Origin: Balanoglossus misakiensis
Taxonomy: Eukaryota > Animalia > Hemichordata
Assembly (NCBI GenBank): GCA_040954595.2
Contig: CM082589.2
Location: 6,693,186-6,757,185 of the forward strand
Direction of reading: 5' to 3'
Length of the DNA stretch: 64,000 nucleotides
Shown in pieces: positions 12,001 through 23,512 of the stretch. Each line of letters opens with the position of its first letter. Within the stretch, counting starts at the first letter, position 1. Below the pieces are notes generated by a model, which made no database searches, was not told where the DNA came from, and worked only from the letters and a program-made list of their open reading frames with translations. A program made the translations under genes and the position numbers.

Positions 12001-15000
12001 ACCACAACCGATTCTATGCAGAGGTGTTCAGTGCTTACGAACTGGACAAGAAGGCACAGGTATGATTGTTAGTCGTCTACGCACTGCAGTCTGTGACAGA
12101 AATGAAATATTTGTTGTCACGTTCGCTATTAAAATTAGAAAAATGTCACAGTGGTAGATTTGGTAGGTGGAAAATTGTCAATCACAAATCATGACATTTA
12201 TGGAGTTATCAGATATCACAGTCTGAAAAGTTTGAGAAATTTTAGTAAAATCTGCTTTCTCAAGAATAGACAGTGAACTGAAGGTAGGAGCAGTTGACAA
12301 AATATGTCTGGAAAGTACCATGGTATGCTGCGAATTGTCAAATAAAAGATGACTTCTTGTGTAAAGACAGAAACAAAAACATTTGTTAAAATTGATTTCT
12401 TCTGTTCTTCCACAGAGTGTTCATTCCAAGTACATCGTAGAAGGATGTCGCTACAAAATCAACGTCGACCCTGAGGTGAAGCAACAGATTTATCGTGAAA
12501 TGGATCCTCCATTTGAAGAACTGTTCGACTCGGCTGAGGAACATGTGCTACAGACTTTAGTCCTTCCATGGTCTCTTATGGTTGGCTCCGATAAGGCGCT
12601 GTATCGCAAGGTTTGTGAATGATTATGAGAATAAAAAAAAATTACGAACAAAAAATATTGTGAAATCTTCGTCTAACCAAATAATCCATTTGTACTGTGG
12701 GTAAAAATATTAATTCTTGTTTATTAATTTTAATCTACAGATTGAATTAATTGAAGAAAAGCGACAATTAGAAACCAGCAAATCCAAACACCTCAAATCC
12801 TTGCAAAGAAGAGGACTTATACGAGAGGTAAAAACCAGTTCTAGTTTGTAAGGTTGAAATTGGAGGTGAGCTTGGCCAATATTGACAAATTCCAAAGGAA
12901 TTTTCAGCAAATGTAGGCATTAAACGACACCAGGATTTTTAAGCTTTTCATCAGAACATAATTATTGCCAATACAAGAAGCAACTGTATCAAAACACGGT
13001 CTAACAACTATTTCTCTTGTTTCAGAGAGTTGCAACTCCAGAGTTTGTTGATGAAGAGACAAAGAGAGAAGAATACTACCGGTCACTAGAAGACAAAGTT
13101 CCGGATGAATTCAAAGATTACAATTTCAATTCATTGATTCACGATAGAATTGAGCTTGAGCACTTCAAGAAGTTTCTCAGTAAGTCAAAGGTCAAAGATT
13201 AAAGGCCAAATGTCCCTGGGTATGAGGTGATCTGGCAAACTACATGCAGCTGTGAATCAAAATTAAAAATGAAGGATTTAATGATGAAAACTTTCTGCAA
13301 ATTTGTGGACAGAAAATTTCATGACTGTACTTTCGAACTACAAGACACAGCCTACAGCTTGTTCGTTATGAATTCAAACAAAAATATGTTCGACAAGAAT
13401 ATGTCTAATTATTTCATTGTTACTTTGACATAATAACCCTCCTCGCCATACCGGCAGTTTAAAGCGCGTAGCTCGTCTCACACGCATGTTCCAACTGTAG
13501 CCGCTGGTTACAGACGTTTAGTGAACAGTCAATCCCATAAGGCAGTGCTCACACAAGATGGCGGCGAGCATAATCTGTGTCGGAGATCGTAAAAAAAGAC
13601 ACTAGCTTGGGTGAAAAGGAGGGACAAAAGAAGAATCTACTTATACGGTGCGCATGAAATATGGAAGGAAGCGAAGGCAGTCCACTATTTGAATGCATCG
13701 AACGGAAAATTTGCTGGGAAGTTACGCGCATGCGCATGAGACGAGCTACGCGCTTTAACCTGCAACTTTCATCATTCTTTGTCTCCCCAGATGATAATTA
13801 CGCCAGTATGGACTTGATGTGCTGGCTAGACATTGAAGCTTTCCGAAGGCTTCCGCACTCGGACAACGAAAGACGAGACGAGAAAGCCAAAGACATCCGA
13901 CTGAAATATCTCAACAAGAAATACTTTTTCGGACCAAACAGTCCTGCAGGGAAGGAGGGTCAAAACAAGGTTTGTGAATTCAGTCTTTGATAAACTACGT
14001 GAGTTATGTCTCTAGTTTTCTGCTTCTGGTAGGCATTTGGATAGTTACATTCATAATCAGGCAGACTGTACCAATGTCTGTGAAAAGTATGTTATGCTGT
14101 TGTTCCAGCTTCTTTTGTTACTAGCTATGTATTCCAGCTCATTTTGACATTGTCTCCAGATTCTTCAACAATTACTCGCACATTCTATGATCCAAATTGT
14201 AATTTTGATATTTTTAATGTAGAATTCTTTAGGAACTGTAATTTTTTTATATCTGACATAAATTGTAATTTTAGCAGGAACTTCATCTTGCAACATTTTG
14301 TGTACAGTGCTGGGCAGACTTGACTAGGTCTGTCTGTCTCTGCTAAACATTGCCAAAAATATGTCTCGGAGGAGAACACTAGCATTTGTAGCAAAACAAG
14401 GAAAAATCTTAACCACTATTATCGTACATTTCTCATGACAGGTGATGCAAGTCGGAGGAGGGTGGGGCAAAATACTACAGGACCGTCCCCCGACACCAGT
14501 ACTCATCGAAGTCCAGAAATACGTCAAGGAGAGACTCGAAAGACGATGGCTTCCCATGTTCCTTTGCACCGAGGAGTACCAGGAGAGACAACATCCCCAG
14601 GTCGCCATGGCGGACGCGGTCGATGATGTCATGATGAATAAACGTAAGAAAGCAGCTCAGGTGTGGAAGGTAGGTAGATTTTCTTAGGCCAATATTTTCA
14701 CCCGTTCACCATTATGGTTTGGTCCAAACCCATTGTTCTCTATGGTAAATTTGGACTTCTGCACAGGGAATGGGGATGAAACGGTATAATGTTCAGTTTC
14801 AGAAAGATCAAAAATGTTGTTTCAGTAAATAAACAACTGAATCCTTTGGTATGAGATGTCTTTAAGAAAAGTTTTTCTGAAGTGTTCAGTGTATATAATA
14901 CTAGTGCTCATACTCCGTATGATCCGATTTTTAGAAAAAAATCCTTGATTTATCATAGAAAAAGTTTTACAGGTCTGTGTAAAACTAAGTTGTACATGTT

Positions 15001-18000
15001 CACACTTCACACACATACAGATGCTAGAAAGTCGATGGATCTCGTCGTCCAGAGACATCATAGCATTCCGGAAAGCGTTGCTCAATCCCATCACGTGCGC
15101 GCACTTCCGAAAGTTTGTGTCCGTCAAGGGTGAAAACATGGAGAACGACATCTTGTTCTGGTTGGAAGTGCAGAAGTTCAAGGTAAGCATTATTTTGTTT
15201 TGCCAGAATTGAATTTAGTCTAGACTTTCAGGTAATATGCCCTATGGTGCCTATTACCATAATTTAGTGGTCAACAGTTCTGTTGCTCGTTTTGTACATA
15301 TAGGAAGTGTAGCTAAGCTCAGCAGTAAAAATCAACAAGTACATTTTGGAAAAGAAGGCTGACAGAACAAGCAAAGTAGTCACACAGTTCATACCCGCAT
15401 CATATACAGACTGTGTTGACAAGCTGAATGCTTGCTTTTGAATATGATTTCGCATGTGTAATATGAAATTACTGGTATATGCTTGAAACGAACATTGGAC
15501 AGAATAGTAAGCTGTGATGTTTTGGTGCACGTCAAGTTTTCTGAACAACGCCCCCATGTGACATGCATTTTCACAATGCAACAATCTGTTTTCTTTCACA
15601 GGAATTGTACCATGCACACACTGAGGAATCCATAATTCACCAGAAGATACAAGCTTTAATTCAGTGTTTCATCGATTCACAAATCCTACCAAATCTTCAG
15701 ATAGACATACCTCAGGAACAAGCCGATAAAATCTTAGAAAAACGCCCTCGAGAGATGGGACCATACATTTTCAGAGAAGCACAGGTATAGTGGCTGTAGT
15801 ATACTGTAAAACACTAGTTAAATTTTTCGCGATATCGACAGAGGCCACTGTTTCGCGAGTATTAATTTTCGCGTTCTCTTTCATTCACTGCAACGTTATC
15901 TTCAAAAACAATTTACACGACTTTTTATTTTCACGCTATTTTGGCTCTCGCGTATTTGGCGGAAATTTATTGCTCGCGAAAATAAAGTGTTTTACAGTAT
16001 ATATTCTGGGGGATGGTGCATGCCTTCCTCTGAACATTCAAAAGACTTTTTTTCAATTTTGTGAAGTCAATTTATTTAATTCCATGTCATCTACGAGCAA
16101 AAGATACAAGGTAAACAGCTAGGCTTCAACACGCAAGTTTAAAACTGCAGGCATTTCATCATACCAGATATGCATTGATTGCTTTACACACATACACAAT
16201 GTTTACAGACAATAAATTTTATTAATTTTTTGTAAATCTTTCTACATCTTTGCAGTTGACAGTATTCCGGGTACTATTCGCACACTGGGCCGACTTCTGT
16301 AACTATAGAAACACCATGGATGAGGCCAGAATGCTGGAAGAACTCGAGAAGAAAAGACGACGACACAAACTGAAAGAGAGGCAGAGACAAAGAGCTCAGG
16401 AGGAGAAGGAAGCAAAGGTGAGTATGGTCACATGTGTGTCACATGATTTCATATCACCTGATGCACATGTGATTCAAATCTGTTATTTTGCATGTAATAA
16501 TTTAAATTAACATTTTCTTCTGAATTTATTTTTAAGATAAATCCACATTCAATTATACCAAATAGCACCTTAATTTCTTTTATTTTCAATCAAAAAATCT
16601 CTTAACTGCCATTGGGGTGGAAGAGGTAAACCATGTGACTGAAACTATCCAATCAAGTTTGAATAGCCATAAGCCAGTGCCGATAGTAACCAATCACGTC
16701 AACACACAGATTTGAATCTTTGTCCGTATTTGCATATTTCAGGAGGAAGCCAGAAGGTTGAAGAAGGAAAAGGGTCTGGAAGACGATGACGACTCAGAAA
16801 GCCAGACCGGCAGTGTGATAAGAGCCGCCAGTCCATTGGCGGAATTCCTTCAAGAGGAACCGGAAGAACAGCACATCCAGTGGAGGTATTCGAATTACGT
16901 CAAAGCGCTGGAAAAAGAAGAATCCATGATGAATGCCGACGAAAAAGCCTCGAGTATCGTCTCAGGAAGTGAGCTGGGTAAGAAATGTGTGAATACATAT
17001 CCTGTTATCGCTGTTATTTGGATCAGCCTTATTGTTTTATGGGTGGTTTGGACCATACCATTAGAAAATAAGGGTGAATGAGTTATAATTTTTTTTATAC
17101 ATTTTTAGTTTCTGTGTGTGTTTATGTGTGTGTGTGTGGTCATCTCACTGACATATCTTGATTCATGTATATCTCTGATATTGAGTAAAATAAGTTACAG
17201 AGAGAATGTGTTTCTGTCAGAATTTTAAGGATTGCTACTAATCACTGATTTTATATTTCAGGTGGTTCTGCCCCCTCCAAAGCTGCTTCTGAGGAGAATC
17301 CAGACGTCACTAAATCAGATGACGTGGTTGAAAATGCTGACAACAAGAAGGGGAAAAAATCAGCCAATCAGGACACAGAAGGTGAGACTCTTAGAAAGAG
17401 ACCGTACTTTTCATTTTTGAGTCTTTCCAGAAAATGCAGGCATCTTGTGTTTGTTAGTCTGGTTAGTTTCTTGTTGACGTCCCAGACTGTTCAAATGAGC
17501 CAGGTCTGCATGTTCTTTGTGTGGTGGAACCTCTGATGGTAGCTGCAGTGTCATTGGCGCTATTTTCTTTTGCCTTTTCAGATTTTCGTTCCAAAATTCA
17601 GTGCATCATATTGTCGTAAATGCGCAATGCTGCAGCTGTTCCCCAGTGTCTGCCAGACTTTGGTAGATCTGTATTGTTTTCACTTGTGTGGGTGAGCCTA
17701 TGATGGCAAAGCAGGGGTGACAGGCTTGCTTATTCAGGGGGTAACATTTTACTAACTATTCTAAATTTGTGAATTTGTGTCTTTGCAGGCAAAGGGCAAA
17801 AGAAAGTCAAAATTACTGAAAAGGGATCAGTAAAAACATCCAACACCCCAGATAGCATTGAAACTCAAGGGGAAAACCAGAAGAACGCAAAGAAACGACC
17901 AAATGTAACAATCAACACAAAAGCTGAAGGTGTCGGAGACAGCAAGGATGACAAAACAGGAAGTGATGTCACCAAAAAACAACCGAAATATAGTCAGCCC

Positions 18001-18027
18001 AAGGTGAACGGTAAAATGAAGAAATAA
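3021..18027 (+). CDS. RGS22: Regulator of G-protein signaling 22-like protein (multi-RGS-domain); 20 coding exons, start exon unresolved
   Basis: Exons: 3021-3083, 4054-4293, 6067-6180, 7802-9024, 9913-10074, 10214-10460, 10695-10960, 11484-11724, 11958-12059, 12416-12610, 12741-12827, 13026-13179, 13791-13969, 14442-14669, 15021-15182, 15602-15784, 16256-16417, 16743-16977, 17262-17381, 17789-18027. All introns are GT-AG with matching phases; total 4602 nt. The N-terminus (EDFLATDDLFVEYFNYFLSLP...GIEWIKMERLPAFLQSDTYLEYRAAKLVSQ) matches my recollection of vertebrate RGS22, and four further RGS-like domains follow. Confidence 0.9.
3391..3479. mobile_element. Short piggyBac-like MITE (TTAA-CCC...GGG-TTAA family)
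   Basis: Termini ACCCTTTCACCACCA and TGGTGGTGAGAGGGT followed by TAA. Related copies lie at about 5790-5865, 14700-14790, 38840-38924, 62800-62892 and 62981-63077. Confidence 0.6.
3736..4020 (+). repeat. Compound tetranucleotide microsatellite (CCAT/TCAT/TCAC)n
   Basis: Directly visible; ends about 30 nt before the acceptor at 4053. Confidence 0.97.
4054..4293 (+). CDS. RGS22: RGS22 exon (TFPEPLAFNKERGGFEVV...SFTVQ)
   Basis: ctacag acceptor, GTTGGT donor, 240 nt, phase 0/0. Confidence 0.88.
6067..6180 (+). CDS. RGS22: RGS22 exon (CLNKEQGIEWIKMERLPAFLQSD...)
   Basis: ttccag acceptor, GTGAGT donor, 114 nt. Confidence 0.9.
6175..6298 (+). repeat. 30-31-bp tandem repeat (about 4 units) containing ACCAATCAGAT and 5' splice-site-like motifs
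   Basis: ACCAATCAGAT recurs four times at 30-31-nt spacing; two units are identical. Confidence 0.85.
6687..6893. mobile_element. TA-flanked MITE (Tc1/mariner-pogo class), copy 1
   Basis: Perfect 21-bp TIR CTGTAAAACACTTTATTTTCG with TA on both sides; a closely similar copy is at 15804-15997. Confidence 0.85.
7802..9024 (+). CDS. RGS22: RGS22 large exon (1223 nt): acidic low-complexity linker and start of an RGS domain
   Basis: ttgcag acceptor, GTAAGT donor, fully open; ends GIDAFQKFLSGNTGEKNWFFWLDVD...; phase 0/2. Confidence 0.9.
9913..10074 (+). CDS. RGS22: RGS22 exon (YLGQMREKYIHAG...LLLYW)
   Basis: ttacag acceptor, GTAAGT donor, phase 2/2; not in the ORF track. Confidence 0.88.
10214..10460 (+). 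CDS. RGS22: RGS22 exon (GPRFLMKQAY...TEQ)
   Basis: ttttag acceptor, GTCGGT donor; WGPRFL completes the RGS C-terminal helix motif. Confidence 0.85.
10695..10960 (+). CDS. RGS22: RGS22 exon (Ser/Pro-rich linker)
   Basis: acag acceptor (a second in-frame AG at 10700), GTATTT donor, phase 0/2. Confidence 0.8.
11484..11724 (+). CDS. RGS22: RGS22 exon (...LYNEKKAGGFFMKFLERTGKT)
   Basis: ttatag acceptor (alternative in-frame AG at 11531), GTAAGT donor. Confidence 0.8.
11958..12059 (+). CDS. RGS22: RGS22 exon (VWINCLHCWHELQ...KAQ)
   Basis: ttacag acceptor, GTATGA donor, 102 nt. Confidence 0.88.
12416..12610 (+). CDS. RGS22: RGS22 exon (SVHSKYIVEG...FEELFDSAEEHV...)
   Basis: ccacag acceptor, GTTTGT donor; RGS-domain motifs. 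Confidence 0.9.
12741..12827 (+). CDS. RGS22: RGS22 exon (IELIEEKRQLE...LIRE)
   Basis: ctacag acceptor, GTAAAA donor, 87 nt. Confidence 0.85.
13026..13179 (+). CDS. RGS22: RGS22 exon (RVATPEF...IELEHFKKFL)
   Basis: tttcag acceptor, GTAAGT donor, phase 0/1. Confidence 0.88.
13463..13754. mobile_element. Kolobok-like non-autonomous element (292 bp, TTAA TSD)
   Basis: Perfect 18-bp TIR AGCGCGTAGCTCGTCTCA / TGAGACGAGCTACGCGCT, with TTAA at 13459-13462 and 13755-13758. TTAA TSD with a purine-purine terminus fits Kolobok. Confidence 0.85.
13791..13969 (+). CDS. RGS22: RGS22 exon (DNYASMDLMCWLDIEAFR...KYFFGPNSPA...)
   Basis: ccccag acceptor, GTTTGT donor, phase 1/0. Confidence 0.9.
14442..14669 (+). 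CDS. RGS22: RGS22 exon (VMQVGGGWGK...WLPMFL...)
   Basis: gacag acceptor, GTAGGT donor, 228 nt. Confidence 0.9.
15021..15182 (+). CDS. RGS22: RGS22 exon (MLESRWISSSRDIIAFRKALLNP...ENDILFWLEVQKFK)
   Basis: atacag acceptor, GTAAGC donor; classic RGS motif. Confidence 0.92.
15602..15784 (+). CDS. RGS22: RGS22 exon (ELYHAH...LQIDIP...YIFREAQ)
   Basis: tcacag acceptor, GTATAG donor, 183 nt. Confidence 0.9.
15804..15997. mobile_element. TA-flanked MITE, copy 2 (short deletion in the left TIR)
   Basis: TA-CTGTAAAACACT...AGTGTTTTACAG-TA; interior aligns with 6687-6893. Confidence 0.85.
16256..16417 (+). CDS. RGS22: RGS22 exon (LTVFRVLFAHW... charged coiled-coil)
   Basis: ttgcag acceptor, GTGAGT donor. 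Confidence 0.88.
16743..16977 (+). CDS. RGS22: RGS22 exon (...IQWRYSNYVKALEKE...)
   Basis: tttcag acceptor, GTAAGA donor, phase 0/1. Confidence 0.85.
17262..17381 (+). CDS. RGS22: RGS22 penultimate coding exon (low-complexity tail)
   Basis: tttcag acceptor, GTGAGA donor, 120 nt, phase 1/1. Confidence 0.78.
17789..18027 (+). CDS. RGS22: RGS22 terminal coding exon (Lys-rich tail, TAA at 18025-18027)
   Basis: ttgcag acceptor; open in phase 1 to the stop codon. Confidence 0.78.
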
Positions 18028-19351
18028 AATTCACGTTAGAGGGCACTGTTCCCAACTGGACAAGACTCGTGTCCACCCTAGCGACCATGGTTGTATCAAT
18101 CGAGGTATTGAAGTTTCAAAATTTAAACCATCCTGCAAATTTGTCAGACTACACTTGCAATATTTGCCCGTGTGATAGCGTTTTCTGTTGTAGCGCCCCC
18201 TTGAGGTGCAGATTCACACTCATGTAGTCTACCGCCCCCTATCATTGTTTGATGTGAGGTGTCCTGACCCCAGTACTCGAAACAATATTGTGAGAGGCAA
18301 ATCTTTGCAGTGATAATTCTTTATTTACAGACAGAATGCAGTAGCTTTAAACTTAAGAAAAAAATTTTCAGTACTCTTAAATTGAAGAGCTAGCGATACC
18401 ATTTGATTAGCGCAAGCCACTTTCTACTAATTTAAACAACTGAGTATTTCACTTTTATTCCATCACAGAATAACCAAAATGGCTTTGAGTTTTTCTGAGT
18501 GAAAATTTTGCACATATCTGATTTTTTTGGGGTGCAATTTCACATGATGCAGTTTGCATGTTTGTATGATTGTACCAGTGAAAATTTTGGCCAGAAATCG
18601 TGCTCTTTTGTATTCAGTAATGTTTGAGGTAAAAATACTAAAGTTAGGTCTATTGATAGTGTCATAGCAACAGTTATTTTGTTGAATTTAGTATTTTTAT
18701 TCATTTTTATTATGTGGCACCTAAAGTTACACAATGATCACTTATATTATCTAGCAGGGTCAAATGAAAAGATTCTATAAAGTTCAAACAATTATTTCTT
18801 GAAAGATGTTTATATTTCAAAGGGCGCTTGTCTAAGTATCCTGGACAAGTAGATCGTGTTTTTGACGTGTCAGATTCATCATTGAGGCATAACTGTCATT
18901 TTATGCTGTTTGCCATCTCTGTATATTGACACTAGATGGTGCATTTCAAGAACATCCGTCCACAAGTGAAAAACTCGTTTACAGACATGACATCACAGAT
19001 GATTTTTTATCTGACACTGTTCCGCACACTGACACCCCCTATTACTCAATAATACAAAAACAAAACATTCCAAACAAAGACAGATAAGTAAAATTACCTC
19101 AACGGTCAGCAATTTATTCCAATATCATTATGGGTAATAACTTTTTTTCCTAGATCCATGAAGTAGTCATGATTTCATATCAATGATTTGAAATAATCTT
19201 ACGTCTTTGCAATGTTTTCAGCAATAATCAGTTGTTCTCACAATTTTAACCTAAAATATTCTCCAAAATATTCAAATTATGTAGTTTTTTCACAAATGCA
19301 ATTTACAACACCGTTTTACGACAAGCAGCTGTTTTACAATTGTTCCTGAAT

Positions 19352-19715
19352 ATGCAAATCAGAGCTCGTTAAAATCATTACATTTCCTATCTATGCTAAT
19401 CATATGTTCTCCATAACTTCATTCCATGGTAATTATGCAAATACCAACCCAATCAAAATTTAGGATTTTAAATACGCAGATTCATTTCTTCCAATGATAC
19501 TTTCCGTTACTTATATGCAAATTATATGCTAAAGATTACTCCATGACCTGTGTGCTAATTTATTGCAGGCGTGAGATTTTTTATGACCTATATGCATATT
19601 ACTTGCTTCACGCAGCTTCAACTCTCAAGTTGTAATTTGTCATATATAGTAAAACAAATTCCATTTTATATGAATTTTACAATATAAATTAGTAACATCA
19701 GACATTTATGCAAAT
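19352..19715 (+). promoter_or_regulatory. Homotypic octamer (POU-factor) motif cluster
   Basis: ATGCAAAT at 19352, 19435, 19515 and 19708, plus ATGCTAAT at 19393, all in the same orientation. Confidence 0.4.
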
Positions 19716-22125
19716 TAAGAGTTCCATGAGGGAATTTCAGAAGACAGGTAAAAATTTTAACAACTGAATTTGGCAGTGAATATAAGTTTAATACTTCCAT
19801 ATTTTAAAGACGAATAAGAATTAGAAAGAAAGCAGATATCATCTCTCATATCCCAGTTTTCATTGGGAGTAAACCATCATGTAAATTACCCCATGGAATG
19901 TTGCAAAGTGTGATCAGATAGGGACAGAATGAAATTTGTCAATTCTGAATCCACAATTTTCTGTACACAAAAGCTTTAAAACAACTGAAACCATTCTTCC
20001 ATGGTTACTTAGTGATGTACAGTATCAATATTATACATTTCTTTGTTCAAAGTGCACATAAGTTATAAATATTTGGAAAATATGAAAAAATATACTGTAT
20101 ATAGGGAAATTTTAGTCGACATATATTTTCATTGAAATGCATATTTTTAGTTTCAAGTCATATTGGGTTGATTGATTTGGTGTACCTTTTCTTGGTGTGT
20201 AAGGTATTGCAATTGTAGATAATGGTGGTATATGTTTGTAAGACAGCCGGTGATTGGTTAATATTCCCAACTCTAGACTTGAAAGTTACCGTGTGATAGG
20301 TTGTGTTTTCACCTCAGATAAAAGCCAGCGTAAGATTGGTTAATAGATATTACCTTCAGTGAAAGCAGATGTGTGATTGGTTAGTTAAATAGTCAAACGA
20401 AACCACTGTATAGCTCAAACGATGACAGATGTACAAATCAGCTAGTAACGACAGAGTTAAAATTACAGGGTGATTTTATGACAAAGACATGACTTGTTGA
20501 AAATTTCAAATGTTTTTATGCAAATTCACGGAATTTCTGCACATGCAAATGAAGTGAAGTGTAGTTCTATAGAAGACACATCGATTGATCACAGTTGCTG
20601 TATTTTGGGGGGAAAAAAGAAAAAAATCAGGTTTCAGATTTCAACAGAAATATCATCAGTCAGGTCCCAGTTATAAGTTTCTTATTTTCTAGATTGCTGA
20701 GTGAGGGTTCTTTTTTTCTTCAAATCATGAACCTTTCAATTTTCTCCGTTTTTCCATGTAAAACCATGGTTTTACCATTTTTACCATTGTTGGGTTTTTC
20801 CATTTGGTAATGATGAAGTAGATGAGCTAGATGTCAAATTTGCGACTACAATCATCTTCGGAGAAGTGACAGGTTAGGGTAACTGTTTCTTCAGGAGGTT
20901 ACCAGGTGTTCCATGAAGAGAAATAAAGCTGACACAAGTTCCTTGTTGATTCAAATACTTTACATTTCCCAGATATCTCTTGTGAAAGAAGCTACCATCT
21001 TTACAAGCATCATGTCGGTTCTGTTCTGTTGTTCAGGGTTTTTCTTCTCCCATGATGCCCCACTGCTGTGCACAAACAAACAAACACACAGGGTAGACTT
21101 TCAGTCACTGCTATTTTTGACGTGTAGTCTTGCCCAGACTAGTGGTGTATTGAACTCAAGGCATTTCATTTACCAGGTGATCTGGCAGTTCCAGTGATGG
21201 ATTTTTTCTTTATTTAATCATGTGACCTAGTTCAAGTCATCATACATGATCGTTTCACTGAGGCATCATGGGAAAGAAAGAAGTACATCCAACTTGCACA
21301 AATCACATGCTAAGTGTTAGGTTTATATTGGCTGCTTGGTGGCGCTGTTTAAGGTCCCTTGAAAAATATCACTCATCACAGTGCGTTGAGTATTATTGGA
21401 GTCGATGTCACCGTATCGTCTCTAACGTCATAATTTAATGTGACAACCAGTGAAATTTGCTGATTCTATTTCTAGATCTTCCATCAAACTGCAATAATAT
21501 TGAGCTAATATTAATATCATCAATTGTGTTAAAAATTGTTAGTGTTTCGTGAGTTTTTCGACCACTTCTACTGGCTGGGTTTCTGACCGACAAATCAAAA
21601 CCATTTTCCCCTTTTTCCAACGCAGCCGTATCACTTTCCCCCCTTGTTCATTTTAACAAGGTCTAATATCATTTGATTTGTCAGAAAATCAATCTCATTT
21701 CTCCCCCGTTTCATATTATTCTGCATGATTTTTGTCTCATTTCCCACAAGAGCCCAAAATTCCCCCCAAATTTGATTACCGCATTTCTGGTATGCAACCC
21801 GAGTCTCATATCTTTTAAAGCGAACATTTGAGTTTGTTTGTCTCAATTTCTATCAAAAGTCTGAGAGGCGATACCATCTCCCCACGGTCTCCCCCATCAA
21901 CCTGGAATATCTGAAATGACGCTGATTCAATTTTTGTTTAATTTTACGCTGATATCATCAGAGCTAATTTGATTTGTACCAAGCAATTTTGGTAAGGCGA
22001 TCGTTTTTTCATGCCTAATTTTATTTTTGTATAGAAACGTGATTACGACCATTTTCCAAGAAAATTTTTCCTCTGTAAATGTTGTACAGTTTTCTTTATA
22101 TTCTGCATGTAAATTAGTTGTACCA

Positions 22126-22131
22126 AATAAA
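22126..22131 (+). terminator. Candidate distal polyadenylation signal of RGS22
   Basis: AATAAA preceded by several TGTA motifs in a T-rich context (22028-22122). Confidence 0.45.
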
Positions 22132-23512
22132 TAATTTTATATATAAAATGGCTGGCGTTTCCTGATTGATTTAACAGAACCGATAATTACTCCTCCAGTC
22201 TTGTCTGGCAGTTGTAAGCAAAGTAAAAGTGAGTATTTCTAATCATAATTGTGGGGAAATGCGAGTAAAAACATTATTTCAATACTTTCCCCTAACCAGA
22301 TATGAACTGCATAAAAGCACAAAGTCATTAAATATTCAAATTAGCACTTAATTAACATGACGGGTAAATATCTCAGAGTGTAAACTGCAACCCCACAGAA
22401 ACTTAGTAAAAGACTTTTTTTACATATTCTATCTGCAGGTGTGATCAGAAAGTGTAAAATTTTACCAATTTTCGTATTCTGCGGTTCAAAAAACTCTTGA
22501 TTGTCTCAATCTTCCACATCCCCAGGATATCAAATGCTCCATCACTGAGCTTACGCTTAGACTTGGGGAGACAAAAAACGCCGAAGACTGATGATAATGA
22601 ATACCTTCTTGGTTGATTATATTTCAGTTTAGCATTGAGGGATTCATAATATATATATTAATATCTAGTAGAACCCCCAGGACTTTGGTTGGGAGATACG
22701 CGCACCTGGTAACTTGCTTGTCGTTACTTCCATACAGTTTGATCCAGGGTTTCGTTTTTTTATATTACTAAAACAAAGGATTATGTAATTCCACAAATTT
22801 TTGAGCGGAGTCATAGGATTTTTATTCGCTGAGGGTTGCTTACAAATAACCGTACCCCTTTCGACCAGTCTGTTAGTTCCCCGTTGAAGTGAAGGAGTCA
22901 CTATATCTACACAAAAAGCCAATTTAAATTTCGTTGTTGTATCTTGATGCATTACTTGCTATCATGAACAGTGATACTAATTCACAGTAACCAACAATAG
23001 CCATTTTCCACCAATTGAAATAACTATGCGCCTTAACTTTGAGGAATATAACATCTATATTTTGACTCCGTCTCAATCACATTCCCGAGCATCTAAGTCG
23101 GTCAGATTTCCATTTACCAACAGCTATTAGGGCTAACGGTCTTTACTCAGGAAGTAAATAAAAAAATTAGCAATTTTATGAGCTGGCTTGGGCGCTCTCA
23201 TCCCTAGAGATTCGTGCAAACTCGTCTAAATACCACAATGTGCCGCAATATCGAGTTACGCTAATACCAATATTCACTTTTACAGGCCATTGATAAAAAC
23301 GTTTACATCCATGTCATGTGTGCCCTGTGCGGTATGACGTGGGCACGTCACGATTCTTCTCAAGTTCATTAATATATTGTCCAGATATTGGGTTACAAGT
23401 CAATCCATCAAAGTGAAGGTTATTTCGAAATATGTCTCTAAATCATCGTGGTTATCACGGTTATGTATGATAGTCATGGTTTGTTCTTTGGCCCGCCCTG
23501 TTATGGCATCTC

